Assembly (NCBI GenBank): GCA_031290435.1 | Contig: JAITNQ010000004.1 | Location: 442 to 64,441 of the forward strand | DNA: 64,000 nt | Source: Candidatus Symbiothrix sp. | Lineage (GTDB): Bacteria; Bacteroidota; Bacteroidia; Bacteroidales; Azobacteroidaceae | Direction of reading: 5' to 3' | Part shown: one piece after another, positions 30,056 through 39,195 of the stretch | Numbering within the stretch: the stretch's first letter is position 1 | Layout: each line of letters opens with the position of its first letter | Position numbers and translations under genes: made by a program | Notes under the pieces: model-generated | What the model was told of the DNA's origin: nothing | The model's input: only the letters and a program-made list of their open reading frames with translations | The model's database searches: none

Positions 30056-32482
30056 TTATACTAATTTTAAAATATCATTGTTAGCCTCTTCTATTTTTGC
30101 TCGTGCTTGTGCAGAAGCATATATGGCTTCTTTCAATTTGTTGCCGATAGAATTTTGAATAGCTGTTGTAGGCAGAATAATTTTTATTTTTTTCAGGTCA
30201 GAAGAACGAATACTTTGTAATATTGAACCGCTTGATATGCGTTCTAACTGCATTTGTCCGTATTCGGAATTAAGGAATGCAACAATGTAATATGGGTTTA
30301 TTTCTTTTTTCACTTTAATATTAATCAAAAAACCCGAAGCAACTGCGCTTTTCAAATCTGGCGGAATATTAGCAGCAATTCCTGAATTTCCTGCTCTTGT
30401 CATTACAATAGAATTTTCATCAACTGTATTTTTAATTACATCACGATTGGTTTCTAATGATTGTTTTATGTATTTTAGATTTTCAAAATTAATACCCTCT
30501 TTTGTAATACTTTTGACAAGAATATAAGGAATGCCCTGTGTTTTTTCAACATAAATAGAAGCATCATCAATATTTGCCCCATTATGTGTTGTCAAAATAA
30601 TATCACCAAAATTCACAATATCATACTTTGATTTACTGATAGTTTCTAAATTACGAATATATTTTTGCAAGTATCTTTTAGCAACAAAACTGCGTTCCAA
30701 CAAATTGGGTTTAATGAAAAAATTTTGTTCATTAACTGTTTTATATTGATAACTCGCCGCTATAGTAGGAATATCGTCTTTTTCTATTTGTCGCCCTTTT
30801 TTATCGTGCCCACAAAACTCATTTATTGAAATGAAAATGTCATTTTTAGCACTTTCCCCCTTCTGAATAAATAGCACATTCGTATTTATTGTAACGTGAG
30901 GACTAAAGGTTTCAAATGGAAGTTCAACAATTGCAAACAAATGTCCTTTACTCAAAATATACTGCCGCAAATATTCTTCTTGCTCGTTTCCTAAAATGCC
31001 ACTTGGTAAAACCATAGCCATTCGTCCACCATCTTTCAACAAAGCCAAACAGCGCTCAACAAACAAAACTTGTGGTTCTTCTTGTTCTTTTAATTTTGTG
31101 GTTTTTTCCCATTTTCCAGTTTCTTTATTCTGTTTCCATTTATGTCCAACTTCAAATTGGCTTAATTTTTCAGCACCTACCACAGGAATTTTTGAACCAA
31201 AAGGTGGATTTGTCAATAATACATCAAAAGTTTCAAATTCTACTTTTGATTTTGCTTCAGAACGCCAATTTTTGGGGCTTTCCAAACTATCTTCGCAGAA
31301 AATTCCTGTTGTTCCATCTCCAACTAAATTCATATATGCTTTGGCAACTTTGCTTAAAAAGTAATCTTTGTCAATGCCCCTGAAATTTTTTGTTGCGACT
31401 TCTATTTTCTTTTTGCTGATTTCAACTTCATTCCAACCCAAAGTCATATATTTTTGATCGATTTTATCCCAAACAGATTTTAAAGATTCAATTAAAAACC
31501 CACCACTGCCACAAGCGGGGTCAATGATTTTATCATTTTCAGTTGGCTGTAAAATATCAACAATCATTTTTACCACATTTCGAGGCGTAAAAAACTGTCC
31601 TAAACCGCCTTTCAATGCGTGACCGATAAATGTTTCAAAAGCGTCTGCAACAACATCTCTTTCGCTTTGCATTAAGGAATAATTTTGCAATTCGCCAACA
31701 ATAAACAACAATGATATTGTATCTAATGTGATTTTGTCTTCACTGTCAATAACTTCCGGAAGATTGGTTTTTACTTCTGTGAACAAGTCCAAAATTCGCT
31801 TTTCTACATCTTTCGGCTTTTCGTCAATACCTGCACGAAATTTTACCATATCATTTGGGGCAGTATATTTTTCGTCGTAAATTTTGCAGAATATTATATT
31901 TATCAGTTGTTGTGCCAAAACTTCATCGCGAGTTGCGCCAACAGTATTAGCAGCCAAGTGATTGCGAATTGACTTAAAAATGGCTTTTAAGTTGTGGGTC
32001 GGTTTTAAATCCTGTCTTTTATACAAACCAATATCTTCTACACGCTGTCTGAATTTTGGAATATTAGGAATTTCTTCAAAAACAACTTCGCCGTTGGGCT
32101 TTACAAATTTACGCAAAAAAAAACGCTCCTCACCGTTAAACCAAACTCCTAAATAAGCCGTTGAAAGCGTTAAATAGTTTTCGAGTTGCGTTCTACCGTC
32201 TTTACGGTTTTTCTTTTTGCACTCAACAACAATGTAAAGTCCGTCATCATCTTTTAGAGCATCAAGAAATACAGCAATATCCACAGGATACTCTTTTTTC
32301 GTATCAGACGGACGAACTTTTACCCTATGTTGAGGGTGTGTCTGTATATGCTCTTTCGGGTAGCCGTAATCTTCTATCAACTGCCGAGAAAACACCTGAA
32401 CTGCGTCAATTTCTTCTGGTATTGCATTTACTTCAATTCCTGATATATAATCAGTTACTGTCATATATTCGCTTTTTGCCAT
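30056..32482 (-). CDS. Fused restriction-modification enzyme: HsdR-N-like nuclease + N6-adenine MTase + one HsdS-type TRD
   Basis: PVDIAVF...VECKK (PD-(D/E)xK), GQFFTPR, DPACGSGGF, TNPPFG, then a TRD and an HsdS-like spacer helix LKKIKIILPTTAIQNSI. Confidence 0.88.
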   Translation of the reverse strand: MAKSEYMTVTDYISGIEVNAIPEEIDAVQVFSRQLIEDYGYPKEHIQTHPQHRVKVRPSDTKKEYPVDIAVFLDALKDDDGLYIVVECKKKNRKDGRTQLENYLTLSTAYLGVWFNGEERFFLRKFVKPNGEVVFEEIPNIPKFRQRVEDIGLYKRQDLKPTHNLKAIFKSIRNHLAANTVGATRDEVLAQQLINIIFCKIYDEKYTAPNDMVKFRAGIDEKPKDVEKRILDLFTEVKTNLPEVIDSEDKITLDTISLLFIVGELQNYSLMQSERDVVADAFETFIGHALKGGLGQFFTPRNVVKMIVDILQPTENDKIIDPACGSGGFLIESLKSVWDKIDQKYMTLGWNEVEISKKKIEVATKNFRGIDKDYFLSKVAKAYMNLVGDGTTGIFCEDSLESPKNWRSEAKSKVEFETFDVLLTNPPFGSKIPVVGAEKLSQFEVGHKWKQNKETGKWEKTTKLKEQEEPQVLFVERCLALLKDGGRMAMVLPSGILGNEQEEYLRQYILSKGHLFAIVELPFETFSPHVTINTNVLFIQKGESAKNDIFISINEFCGHDKKGRQIEKDDIPTIAASYQYKTVNEQNFFIKPNLLERSFVAKRYLQKYIRNLETISKSKYDIVNFGDIILTTHNGANIDDASIYVEKTQGIPYILVKSITKEGINFENLKYIKQSLETNRDVIKNTVDENSIVMTRAGNSGIAANIPPDLKSAVASGFLINIKVKKEINPYYIVAFLNSEYGQMQLERISSGSILQSIRSSDLKKIKIILPTTAIQNSIGNKLKEAIYASAQARAKIEEANNDILKLV

Positions 32483-32539
32483 ATTCTCTTGATTTTTTGT
32501 AAAGGTACAACTTTTTTCAATTATATGTTCATAAAGAAT

Positions 32540-32590
32540 AAAAAAACCGGAACAAAGAAGAAAAATAGACTCCTTTGCTCCGGTTTTTTT
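32540..32590 (-). terminator. Intrinsic terminator of rpmB-rpmG-DUF4295
   Basis: Minus strand CCGGAGCAAAGGAG-loop-CTTCTTTGTTCCGG followed by T7; A7 on the other side. Confidence 0.85.
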
Positions 32591-32607
32591 ACAACTTTAT
32601 AGGAAGA

Positions 32608-32763
32608 TTACTTACTGAAGTAATCTTTTACTGCTTCATTCGGGATCATTTCTTCTTTGAAAACATATGCGCCTGTTTTAGGCGATTTAATCATTTTAAT
32701 CACCTTTGAATAAGAACGTCCTTCCGATTTCTCGCGGTATCCCGCGACGGTTTTCTTTGCCAT
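32608..32763 (-). CDS. DUF4295 small protein, 51 aa, probable Bacteroidetes ribosomal protein bL38; absent from the ORF track
   Basis: Translated by hand: MAKKTVAGYREKSEGRSYSKVIKMIKSPKTGAYVFKEEMIPNEAVKDYFSK; lies directly after rpmG. Confidence 0.9.
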   Translation of the reverse strand: MAKKTVAGYREKSEGRSYSKVIKMIKSPKTGAYVFKEEMIPNEAVKDYFSK

Positions 32764-32772
32764 GACTTACAA

Positions 32773-32961
32773 TTATTTAATTTCTTTGTGAACAGTTACT
32801 CTTTTCAGAATCGGATTGTACTTTTTGATTTCCAATCTAGCGGTAGTATTTTTTCTGTTTTTTGTTGTGATGTAGCGGGAAGTTCCGGGCAACCCACTTT
32901 CTTTGTGTTCAGTACATTCAAGAATCACCTGAACCCTGTTTCCTTTTGCTTTCTTTGCCAT
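32773..32961 (-). CDS. rpmG: 50S ribosomal protein L33
   Basis: [14 protein letters not shown]...[20 protein letters not shown]. Confidence 0.97.
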   Translation of the reverse strand: MAKKAKGNRVQVILECTEHKESGLPGTSRYITTKNRKNTTARLEIKKYNPILKRVTVHKEIK

Positions 32962-32982
32962 ATTTTCAGGTCTCCTATTTAT

Positions 32983-33222
32983 TTATAAGTTAATATACCC
33001 TTTTTCAGCTGCTTTTTTAAGAGCGGCGTCTAATCCATTTTTATTGATAGTGCGCAAGCCATTGGCAGAAATATTGAGGTCTATCCAACAATCTTCTTCT
33101 ACCCAATAGAATTTCTTTGTAAACAAGTTCACATCAAATTTTCTTTTCGTCTTGAGATTTGAATGTGAAACATTGTTGCCTACCATTGCTTTCTTTCCGG
33201 TAATTTGACAAATTTTCGACAT
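32983..33222 (-). CDS. rpmB: 50S ribosomal protein L28
   Basis: [30 protein letters not shown]. Confidence 0.97.
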   Translation of the reverse strand: MSKICQITGKKAMVGNNVSHSNLKTKRKFDVNLFTKKFYWVEEDCWIDLNISANGLRTINKNGLDAALKKAAEKGYINL

Positions 33223-33274
33223 TTTATTGTATTCTTTATATTTTTGTTTATCTTCTATTTCAGATTTGAGCGTG

Positions 33275-33306
33275 CAAAGTTAGGTAATATTTTTTGTTTA
33301 TCCAAA
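33275..33306 (-). promoter_or_regulatory. Consensus Bacteroidetes promoter for the rpmB operon
   Basis: Minus strand TTTG-N20-TAACTTTG. Confidence 0.75.
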
Positions 33307-33393
33307 CTATTTTAAAAAAATGTCGGACAAAAAACTGTTTTTATCATAATTGTTGCAAAATGCAATCCTGTTTTTTCCGTTTTTATACATAAA

Positions 33394-33435
33394 TACCTCT
33401 CCACCGGCCCCTCTCCACATGGGGAGGAGAGGTAC
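33394..33435. repeat. Palindromic REP-like element abutting the Lrp stop codon
   Basis: 9-bp IR TACCTCTCC/GGAGAGGTA; shares CCCCTCTC and GAGGAGAGGTAC with 7261-7286. Confidence 0.75.
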
Positions 33436-33918
33436 TTATTCTGTTTCCGCTTCCGCTTCCGGATTCAAAGGGATTTGCCTGTGAAAGATCTCATAAAATG
33501 AGATCAGGGTTTCCGTACGGGATAAACCCAAAGGCTGTAATTTTTTGTGGATCAATTCCAGTAGATGCTGGTTATTTCGTGCAAAAACCTTGATGAATAA
33601 ATCATATTGCCCTGTTGTAAAATGACACTCGACTACTTCCGGTATTTCACGTAATTTCTCTACTACATGGTTGAAATTGCCCGGATCTCTTAGGAACAAA
33701 CCCATATATGCAGATGTTTCATAGCCTATTTTATCATGATCAACCAAGAACTCGGAACCTTTGATGATTCCCAATGCAGTCAGTTTTTGAACCCGTTGGT
33801 GGATAGCCGCTCCGGAAACATTGCAAACACGTGCAACCTCCAAAAATGGGATGCGGGCGTTATTCACAATCAGTTCCAGAATCTTTCTATCTAATTTATC
33901 TAACTGATATTGTCTCAT
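33436..33918 (-). CDS. Lrp/AsnC family transcriptional regulator (second paralog)
   Basis: LDKLDRKIL..NARIPF HTH; IPEVVECHFTTGQYD; likely ATG at 33918. Confidence 0.93.
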   Translation of the reverse strand: MRQYQLDKLDRKILELIVNNARIPFLEVARVCNVSGAAIHQRVQKLTALGIIKGSEFLVDHDKIGYETSAYMGLFLRDPGNFNHVVEKLREIPEVVECHFTTGQYDLFIKVFARNNQHLLELIHKKLQPLGLSRTETLISFYEIFHRQIPLNPEAEAETE

Positions 33919-33960
33919 AGTACACAAATTATATTTGTAGCAAATATATGAAAAATTTTG

Positions 33961-35661
33961 TTACTGATGACTTTTTTTCAGCAGTTTATCATATTTTTCC
34001 GTATCTTTGATAATCTCTACCGCCCTTTTCAAGGCGTCGTTGTAGATATCGCTATTGTTGGAAAAATGGTAATAATCGTTTTCTTCTAAAATGTCCCGGG
34101 CGACGCTCGCTTTGATTTGGAATTGAAGGAGGGGTTTGGATATTTCCAAATCCTTTAATTGCTCCTCGGTAAGCTTATATGTTTTCTCTTTCAATTCTTC
34201 CGCTTTTTCTTTTTTATATACTTCCATCAAATCGTTTATCATCTTATCGGAAACGATAAAATTCTTTTCGAAAGTAGTGATATCGGGATATTGCTTTCGG
34301 TATTTATTGCGATTTTCGTCTACTAAACTTCGGGCATATTTAAGAACAGTTCCTTTTCCCCATAATTCATCATAGTACAGCGTCGTATGGGATGCCTTGT
34401 ATAGTCGGCTTGTAGAATCATTGTTCAACGGAACAAAGTAGTCGGGCATAATTCCACCTCCGCCATACACAATTCTATTTTCAATTAAAGTGCTGTATTT
34501 CAATGAATCAGGGAAATGAATACTATCCGCTGACAACATTTCGCCTCTGTTATACCTGTCGATGAGCTCTTTGTTATACGATTTCACGTCTACACCTTCA
34601 TAGGGTTTCTGGATAGAGCGTCCGGTGGGTGTATAATAGCGGGCGGTTGTCAAGCGGATGACCGATCCGTCCGGCAATGGAATTGGCCTCTGTACCAATC
34701 CTTTCCCGAATGTTTTTCGTCCGACGATAAGTCCGCGGTCCCAGTCCTGAACAGCTCCGGAAACGATTTCACTGGCTGAAGCCGAATATTCGTCAACCAA
34801 AATAATCAAGCGTCCATTGCCGAAAGAGCCGTTGTAAGTGGCTTTTGCTTCTTCTCTTCTTTGGTGAGCGCCTTCCATATACATGATTAGGTCGCCTCGT
34901 TTCAGAAATTCATTGGCAATCCGGATGGCTGATTCCAAGATTCCGCCTCCATTTTGTTGCAAGTCAAGAATGAGATTTTTCATTCCCTGGGCCTGTAATT
35001 TTTCCAAGGCTTCCTTGAATTCGGCATGGGAAGTAGTAGCGAACTGGCTTAATAAAATATAACCGGTTTCATTGTCAATCATATAGGCTGATTTCAAACT
35101 ATGAATGGGAATTTTATCGCGGACAATATTAAAATTGAGTAGTTCGGGGTAATTTCTCCGGAGTATTTTTACATTGACAGATGTTCCTTTAGGCCCTTTC
35201 AACATGGATACTACTTCCGAACTTGCTTTTTTGACGCCTGCAATCAGCGTGTCATCTACTTTGATAATTTTATCACCGGCCATAATTCCGATTTTTTCAG
35301 AAGGGCCGCCTGCAATCACCTGTATGATATACAAAGTATCCGTCATCATATTGAATTGGACGCCAATGCCATCGAAATTGCCTTGCAAAGGTTCATTGGC
35401 TTCCTGTACATCCTTTGCGGAGAGGTAAGTCGAATGGGGGTCTAATTTTTCTAACAGTCCGACAATCGCATCTTCTGCCAATTTATCGGAATTTATTGTA
35501 TCGACATATAAACCTTTTATTGCCGACAATGCATATTCTACTTTAGAAATAGCATTCCTGTTTCCCTGTCCGTAAGAGCAGGAATACAAACTTATTAACA
35601 GAATGCATGTGAAAACCAATTGTTTCATAAATTCGATTATTGTAAAATTATTTTTCTTCAT
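33961..35661 (-). CDS. S41 family carboxy-terminal processing protease (CtpA/Prc-like)
   Basis: LDPHSTY, PDZ GIGV, DLQQNGGG, SASASEI (Ser), TFGKGLVQ (Lys); alternative start 35628. Confidence 0.93.
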   Translation of the reverse strand: MKKNNFTIIEFMKQLVFTCILLISLYSCSYGQGNRNAISKVEYALSAIKGLYVDTINSDKLAEDAIVGLLEKLDPHSTYLSAKDVQEANEPLQGNFDGIGVQFNMMTDTLYIIQVIAGGPSEKIGIMAGDKIIKVDDTLIAGVKKASSEVVSMLKGPKGTSVNVKILRRNYPELLNFNIVRDKIPIHSLKSAYMIDNETGYILLSQFATTSHAEFKEALEKLQAQGMKNLILDLQQNGGGILESAIRIANEFLKRGDLIMYMEGAHQRREEAKATYNGSFGNGRLIILVDEYSASASEIVSGAVQDWDRGLIVGRKTFGKGLVQRPIPLPDGSVIRLTTARYYTPTGRSIQKPYEGVDVKSYNKELIDRYNRGEMLSADSIHFPDSLKYSTLIENRIVYGGGGIMPDYFVPLNNDSTSRLYKASHTTLYYDELWGKGTVLKYARSLVDENRNKYRKQYPDITTFEKNFIVSDKMINDLMEVYKKEKAEELKEKTYKLTEEQLKDLEISKPLLQFQIKASVARDILEENDYYHFSNNSDIYNDALKRAVEIIKDTEKYDKLLKKSHQ

Positions 35662-36146
35662 TTATTAATGTATTCTTCTATGTGTAAATTAGATGGGACA
35701 AAACCGGAAACCGGCTTTCCGTATAGCAGCAATTCCCGGACAATAGAAGAGCTGATATGGGTGTATGCCGGTTCTGTAAATAGGACGAAAGTTTCAATTC
35801 CTGAAATTTCGCGATTGACGTCCGCAATATTTTTCTCATACTCAAAATCGTTTACCGACCGGATACCGCGCAAGATAAACTGTGCGCCTACTTCTTCCGC
35901 AAAATCTACAGTTGTGCCCTTATATGATTTGACTTGAATTCTTGCATTGGGTTTAAAGAGTCTGGAAATCATGTCGATTCTTTGTTCCAAAGGAAAAAAA
36001 GTTTTCTTCTCTAAGTTTACGCCAATAGCGATAATGATTTCATCAACCAAAGTCAATCCCCTCTCTATCAACGATAAATGGCCGTTTGTAAAAGGGTCGA
36101 AGGTACCGGGAAAGAGTGCAATTTTAGGGAGGCCGGCTTTATACAT
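35658..36146 (-). CDS. coaD: Pantetheine-phosphate adenylyltransferase
   Basis: [17 protein letters not shown]...[13 protein letters not shown]. Confidence 0.97.
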   Translation of the reverse strand: MYKAGLPKIALFPGTFDPFTNGHLSLIERGLTLVDEIIIAIGVNLEKKTFFPLEQRIDMISRLFKPNARIQVKSYKGTTVDFAEEVGAQFILRGIRSVNDFEYEKNIADVNREISGIETFVLFTEPAYTHISSSIVRELLLYGKPVSGFVPSNLHIEEYINK

Positions 36147-38001
36147 CTTCTTCCACCATTAGATTGTTAATAATGAAATTTTGTCTTTCCATCGTATTTT
36201 TTCCCATATAAAATTCCAGCATTTCCTTGACTGCATCTTGTTTACGCATGTTTACCTGGTCTAAACGTATCTCTTTACCGATAAAATTTTTGAATTCCGA
36301 AGGAGAAATTTCGCCCAAACCTTTGAATCTGGTAATTTCCGGATTCGGGCCTAATTTTTGAATGGCTTTCTGTCGTTCTTCGTCGGAATAACAGTAAGTA
36401 GTTTCTTTTTTATTTCTCACCCTGAAAAGCGGGGTTTGAAGGATGAAAACATGGTTGTTTTTAATTAAATCGGGAAAAAATTGCAGGAAAAAAGTAATAA
36501 TCAGCAAGCGGATGTGCATACCGTCAACATCAGCGTCGGTAGCGATAATCACTTTGTTGTACCGTAAATCTTCCAGACTTTCTTCAATATTCAATGCAGC
36601 TTGCAGCAAATTAAATTCTTCGTTCTTGTAAACAATCTGCTTGGTTTCGCCGAAAGTATTCAGGGGCTTGCCTCTGAGGCTGAAGACTGCCTGATAGTTA
36701 GGGTCCCTACTTTGCGTAATCGAGCCGCTGGCGGAATCTCCTTCCGTGATAAAGATGCAAGTTTCTTCGAGATTTTCGCCTTTTATATCGTTGTAATGCA
36801 AGCGGCAATCCCGTAATTTTTTGTTATGCAAACTGGACTTTTTGGCTCTTTCTCTGGCTAATTTCGTAACGCCGGCAATCGCTTTTCTTTCCTTTTCCGA
36901 TTCGAGGATTTTTTTGAGCAGGGCATCGGTTGTATCCGGATTTTTATGCAGGTAATTGTCCAATTCTTTTTTGACAAAATCACCGATAAATTTGGCCACG
37001 GTCGGTCCTTCCGGCCCAATATCTTTAGAGCCCAATTTTGTTTTTGTCTGGGATTCGAAAATCGGTTCTTCTACCTTGATGGCAACAGCGGCAATAATTC
37101 CCGAACGGATATCGGCATATTCAAAACTTTTGGAATAGTATTCCTTGATTACGCGCGAAACAGTTTCTTTGAAAGCCGATAAATGGGTTCCTCCCTGGGT
37201 CGTAAACTGACCGTTTACAAACGAATAGTATTCCTCGCTATATTGATTGGCATGTGTAATCGCAATCTCTATATCCGAGCTATGCAAATGAATAATCGGA
37301 TAAAGGGATTCGGATGTCATGTATTCGTTCAACAAATCGACTAAACCGTTTTTCGAATGGAATTTTTTCCCATTGTAGTTGATTATTAAACCGGAATTAA
37401 GGAATACATAATTTTTCAACAAAGGCTCTACAAATTCATCTTTATAATGGTAGCCTATGAAAATTTCTTCATCCGGAATAAAATTGACTAATGTGCCATT
37501 GCTTTGTGTTGTCGGTGAAACAGGCGAATCTTCAGCAATATGCGCCTGTTTATAGCTTACGGCTTTGGTTTCTCCATCGCGGAAACTCTGCACCAACATA
37601 CAGGCAGAGAGTGCATTGACTGCTTTGATTCCCACGCCGTTCAAGCCTACGGATTTTTTGAAAGCTTTTGAATCGTATTTACCGCCCGTATTCATTTTGG
37701 ACGAAACGTCCGCAACTTTACCGAGCGGAATACCGCGACCGTAGTCGCGAACAGTTACCACGCCCTTGTCAATGGTGATATCGACCGATTTGCCATAGCC
37801 CATCATGTATTCGTCGACAGCATTGTCGAGCACTTCTTTCAAGAGTACATAAATACCATCATCGGCGTAAGTTCCGTCTCCGATTTTTCCGATATACATT
37901 CCCGGACGACGGCGTATATGCTCCCACCATTCAAGGGTTTGTATGTTCTCTTCGATGTATGCTATTTCCTGACCGGTACTGTTTATATTTATTTCGTTCA
38001 T
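36139..38001 (-). CDS. parE: DNA topoisomerase IV subunit B
   Basis: [50 protein letters not shown]; 620-aa Bacteroidetes ParE type. Confidence 0.9.
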   Translation of the reverse strand: MNEININSTGQEIAYIEENIQTLEWWEHIRRRPGMYIGKIGDGTYADDGIYVLLKEVLDNAVDEYMMGYGKSVDITIDKGVVTVRDYGRGIPLGKVADVSSKMNTGGKYDSKAFKKSVGLNGVGIKAVNALSACMLVQSFRDGETKAVSYKQAHIAEDSPVSPTTQSNGTLVNFIPDEEIFIGYHYKDEFVEPLLKNYVFLNSGLIINYNGKKFHSKNGLVDLLNEYMTSESLYPIIHLHSSDIEIAITHANQYSEEYYSFVNGQFTTQGGTHLSAFKETVSRVIKEYYSKSFEYADIRSGIIAAVAIKVEEPIFESQTKTKLGSKDIGPEGPTVAKFIGDFVKKELDNYLHKNPDTTDALLKKILESEKERKAIAGVTKLARERAKKSSLHNKKLRDCRLHYNDIKGENLEETCIFITEGDSASGSITQSRDPNYQAVFSLRGKPLNTFGETKQIVYKNEEFNLLQAALNIEESLEDLRYNKVIIATDADVDGMHIRLLIITFFLQFFPDLIKNNHVFILQTPLFRVRNKKETTYCYSDEERQKAIQKLGPNPEITRFKGLGEISPSEFKNFIGKEIRLDQVNMRKQDAVKEMLEFYMGKNTMERQNFIINNLMVEEDV

Positions 38002-39137
38002 TCTGTTCTCTCCAATGTTTTAATAAATGCACGTCGTGTTTTGTGGTGTTTCACATCAAAATCCGCCCATTGGGATTGCATTTTACGATTGATTTCCAAT
38101 TCGGGATTACTTTCGGCGTATTTATAGCCGGTTTTCGCTGCAATGGGTATTATATCATAGAAAATCAAAGCATTTACCCCTTTGTTCTGGTATTCCGGCA
38201 GTACCCCCATGATGTACAAGTCCAAAATTTTGTTTTTTCCGTAAAGCGCTTTCAATAAATAAATCCAGCCAAAAGGAATCAAGCTCCCTCTGGCTTTTTG
38301 CAAGGCTTTCGAAAGGCTGGGCAGGGTGATGGCCAAACCGACCACCGCATCGTCCGATTCCCGAATAACCAATGTTACCAATTTCAAGCGAAGCATGGGT
38401 ATGTACATCTTGATATAATATTCTATTTGCTTATCCGATAATTCGGAATAGCCGTACAGCGGACGGTAAGCCTCGTTCCACAAATGGAATATCTTTGTGG
38501 CATACGGCCATATTTCTTTTGTCTTTTTGAATTTCTTTAGTTTCAGACTGTATTTTTTCATGACGATTTCCGCAATTCTTTGGTGCTTTTCGGGAATGGT
38601 TTGGGGAATATTGATTAAAAATTCATTCCAATCCTGGTCTTTTGTATAGCCCAACTTTCCGATATGTTCCATATAGTATGGGAAATTGTAAATAGTTGCC
38701 ATGGTGCCTAATTGGTCAAAACCCCAGACCAACAAACCTTCATGGTCCATGTCGGTAAAACCCAATGGGCCTTGTATGCCATTCATTCCTTTTTCGATAG
38801 CCCATTCCTCGACCGCTTTGAACAAGGCGACGGAAACTTCTTCATCATCAATAAAATCGACAAAACCGAAGCGGGCATACTGTTGATTCCATGTCTCATT
38901 CGCCCTGTGATTAATGATGCCGGCAATACGGCCGACAATTTTATCATCCTTATAGGCTAAGTAATAAATGGATTCGCAAAAATCAAAGGCCGGATTCTTA
39001 TCCTGTCTCAGCGTCATCATCTCATCTTCTATTAATCCGGGAACATGATAAGGGTGCCCCTTATACAACCGGATATTGAACTTGACAAATTTTTTTAATG
39101 TCGAATTTTTTTTAACCTCTACTATTTTTATAGCCAT
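37998..39137 (-). CDS. Conserved GNAT-fold protein (YghO-like)
   Basis: [41 protein letters not shown]; own -7 box at 39176-39183. Confidence 0.8.
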   Translation of the reverse strand: MAIKIVEVKKNSTLKKFVKFNIRLYKGHPYHVPGLIEDEMMTLRQDKNPAFDFCESIYYLAYKDDKIVGRIAGIINHRANETWNQQYARFGFVDFIDDEEVSVALFKAVEEWAIEKGMNGIQGPLGFTDMDHEGLLVWGFDQLGTMATIYNFPYYMEHIGKLGYTKDQDWNEFLINIPQTIPEKHQRIAEIVMKKYSLKLKKFKKTKEIWPYATKIFHLWNEAYRPLYGYSELSDKQIEYYIKMYIPMLRLKLVTLVIRESDDAVVGLAITLPSLSKALQKARGSLIPFGWIYLLKALYGKNKILDLYIMGVLPEYQNKGVNALIFYDIIPIAAKTGYKYAESNPELEINRKMQSQWADFDVKHHKTRRAFIKTLERTE

Positions 39138-39195
39138 CTGTAAAGTGTGTCAAATGTTAGTTAGTTTATGAAATGCAAAGATACATTTTTTTATT

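Noticed and set aside
32115-32123. A9 tract in the nuclease domain of the R-M gene as an ON/OFF switch
   Set aside because: Length is not exceptional in AT-rich DNA; would need read-level length variation as support
28749-32540. Integrative element or prophage at tRNA-Gln
   Set aside because: No integrase, transposase or duplicated att sequence found by eye
25066-33918. Two similar Lrp/AsnC genes as a recent duplication or island boundary
   Set aside because: Similarity is confined to family motifs; paired paralogs are ordinary in Bacteroidales
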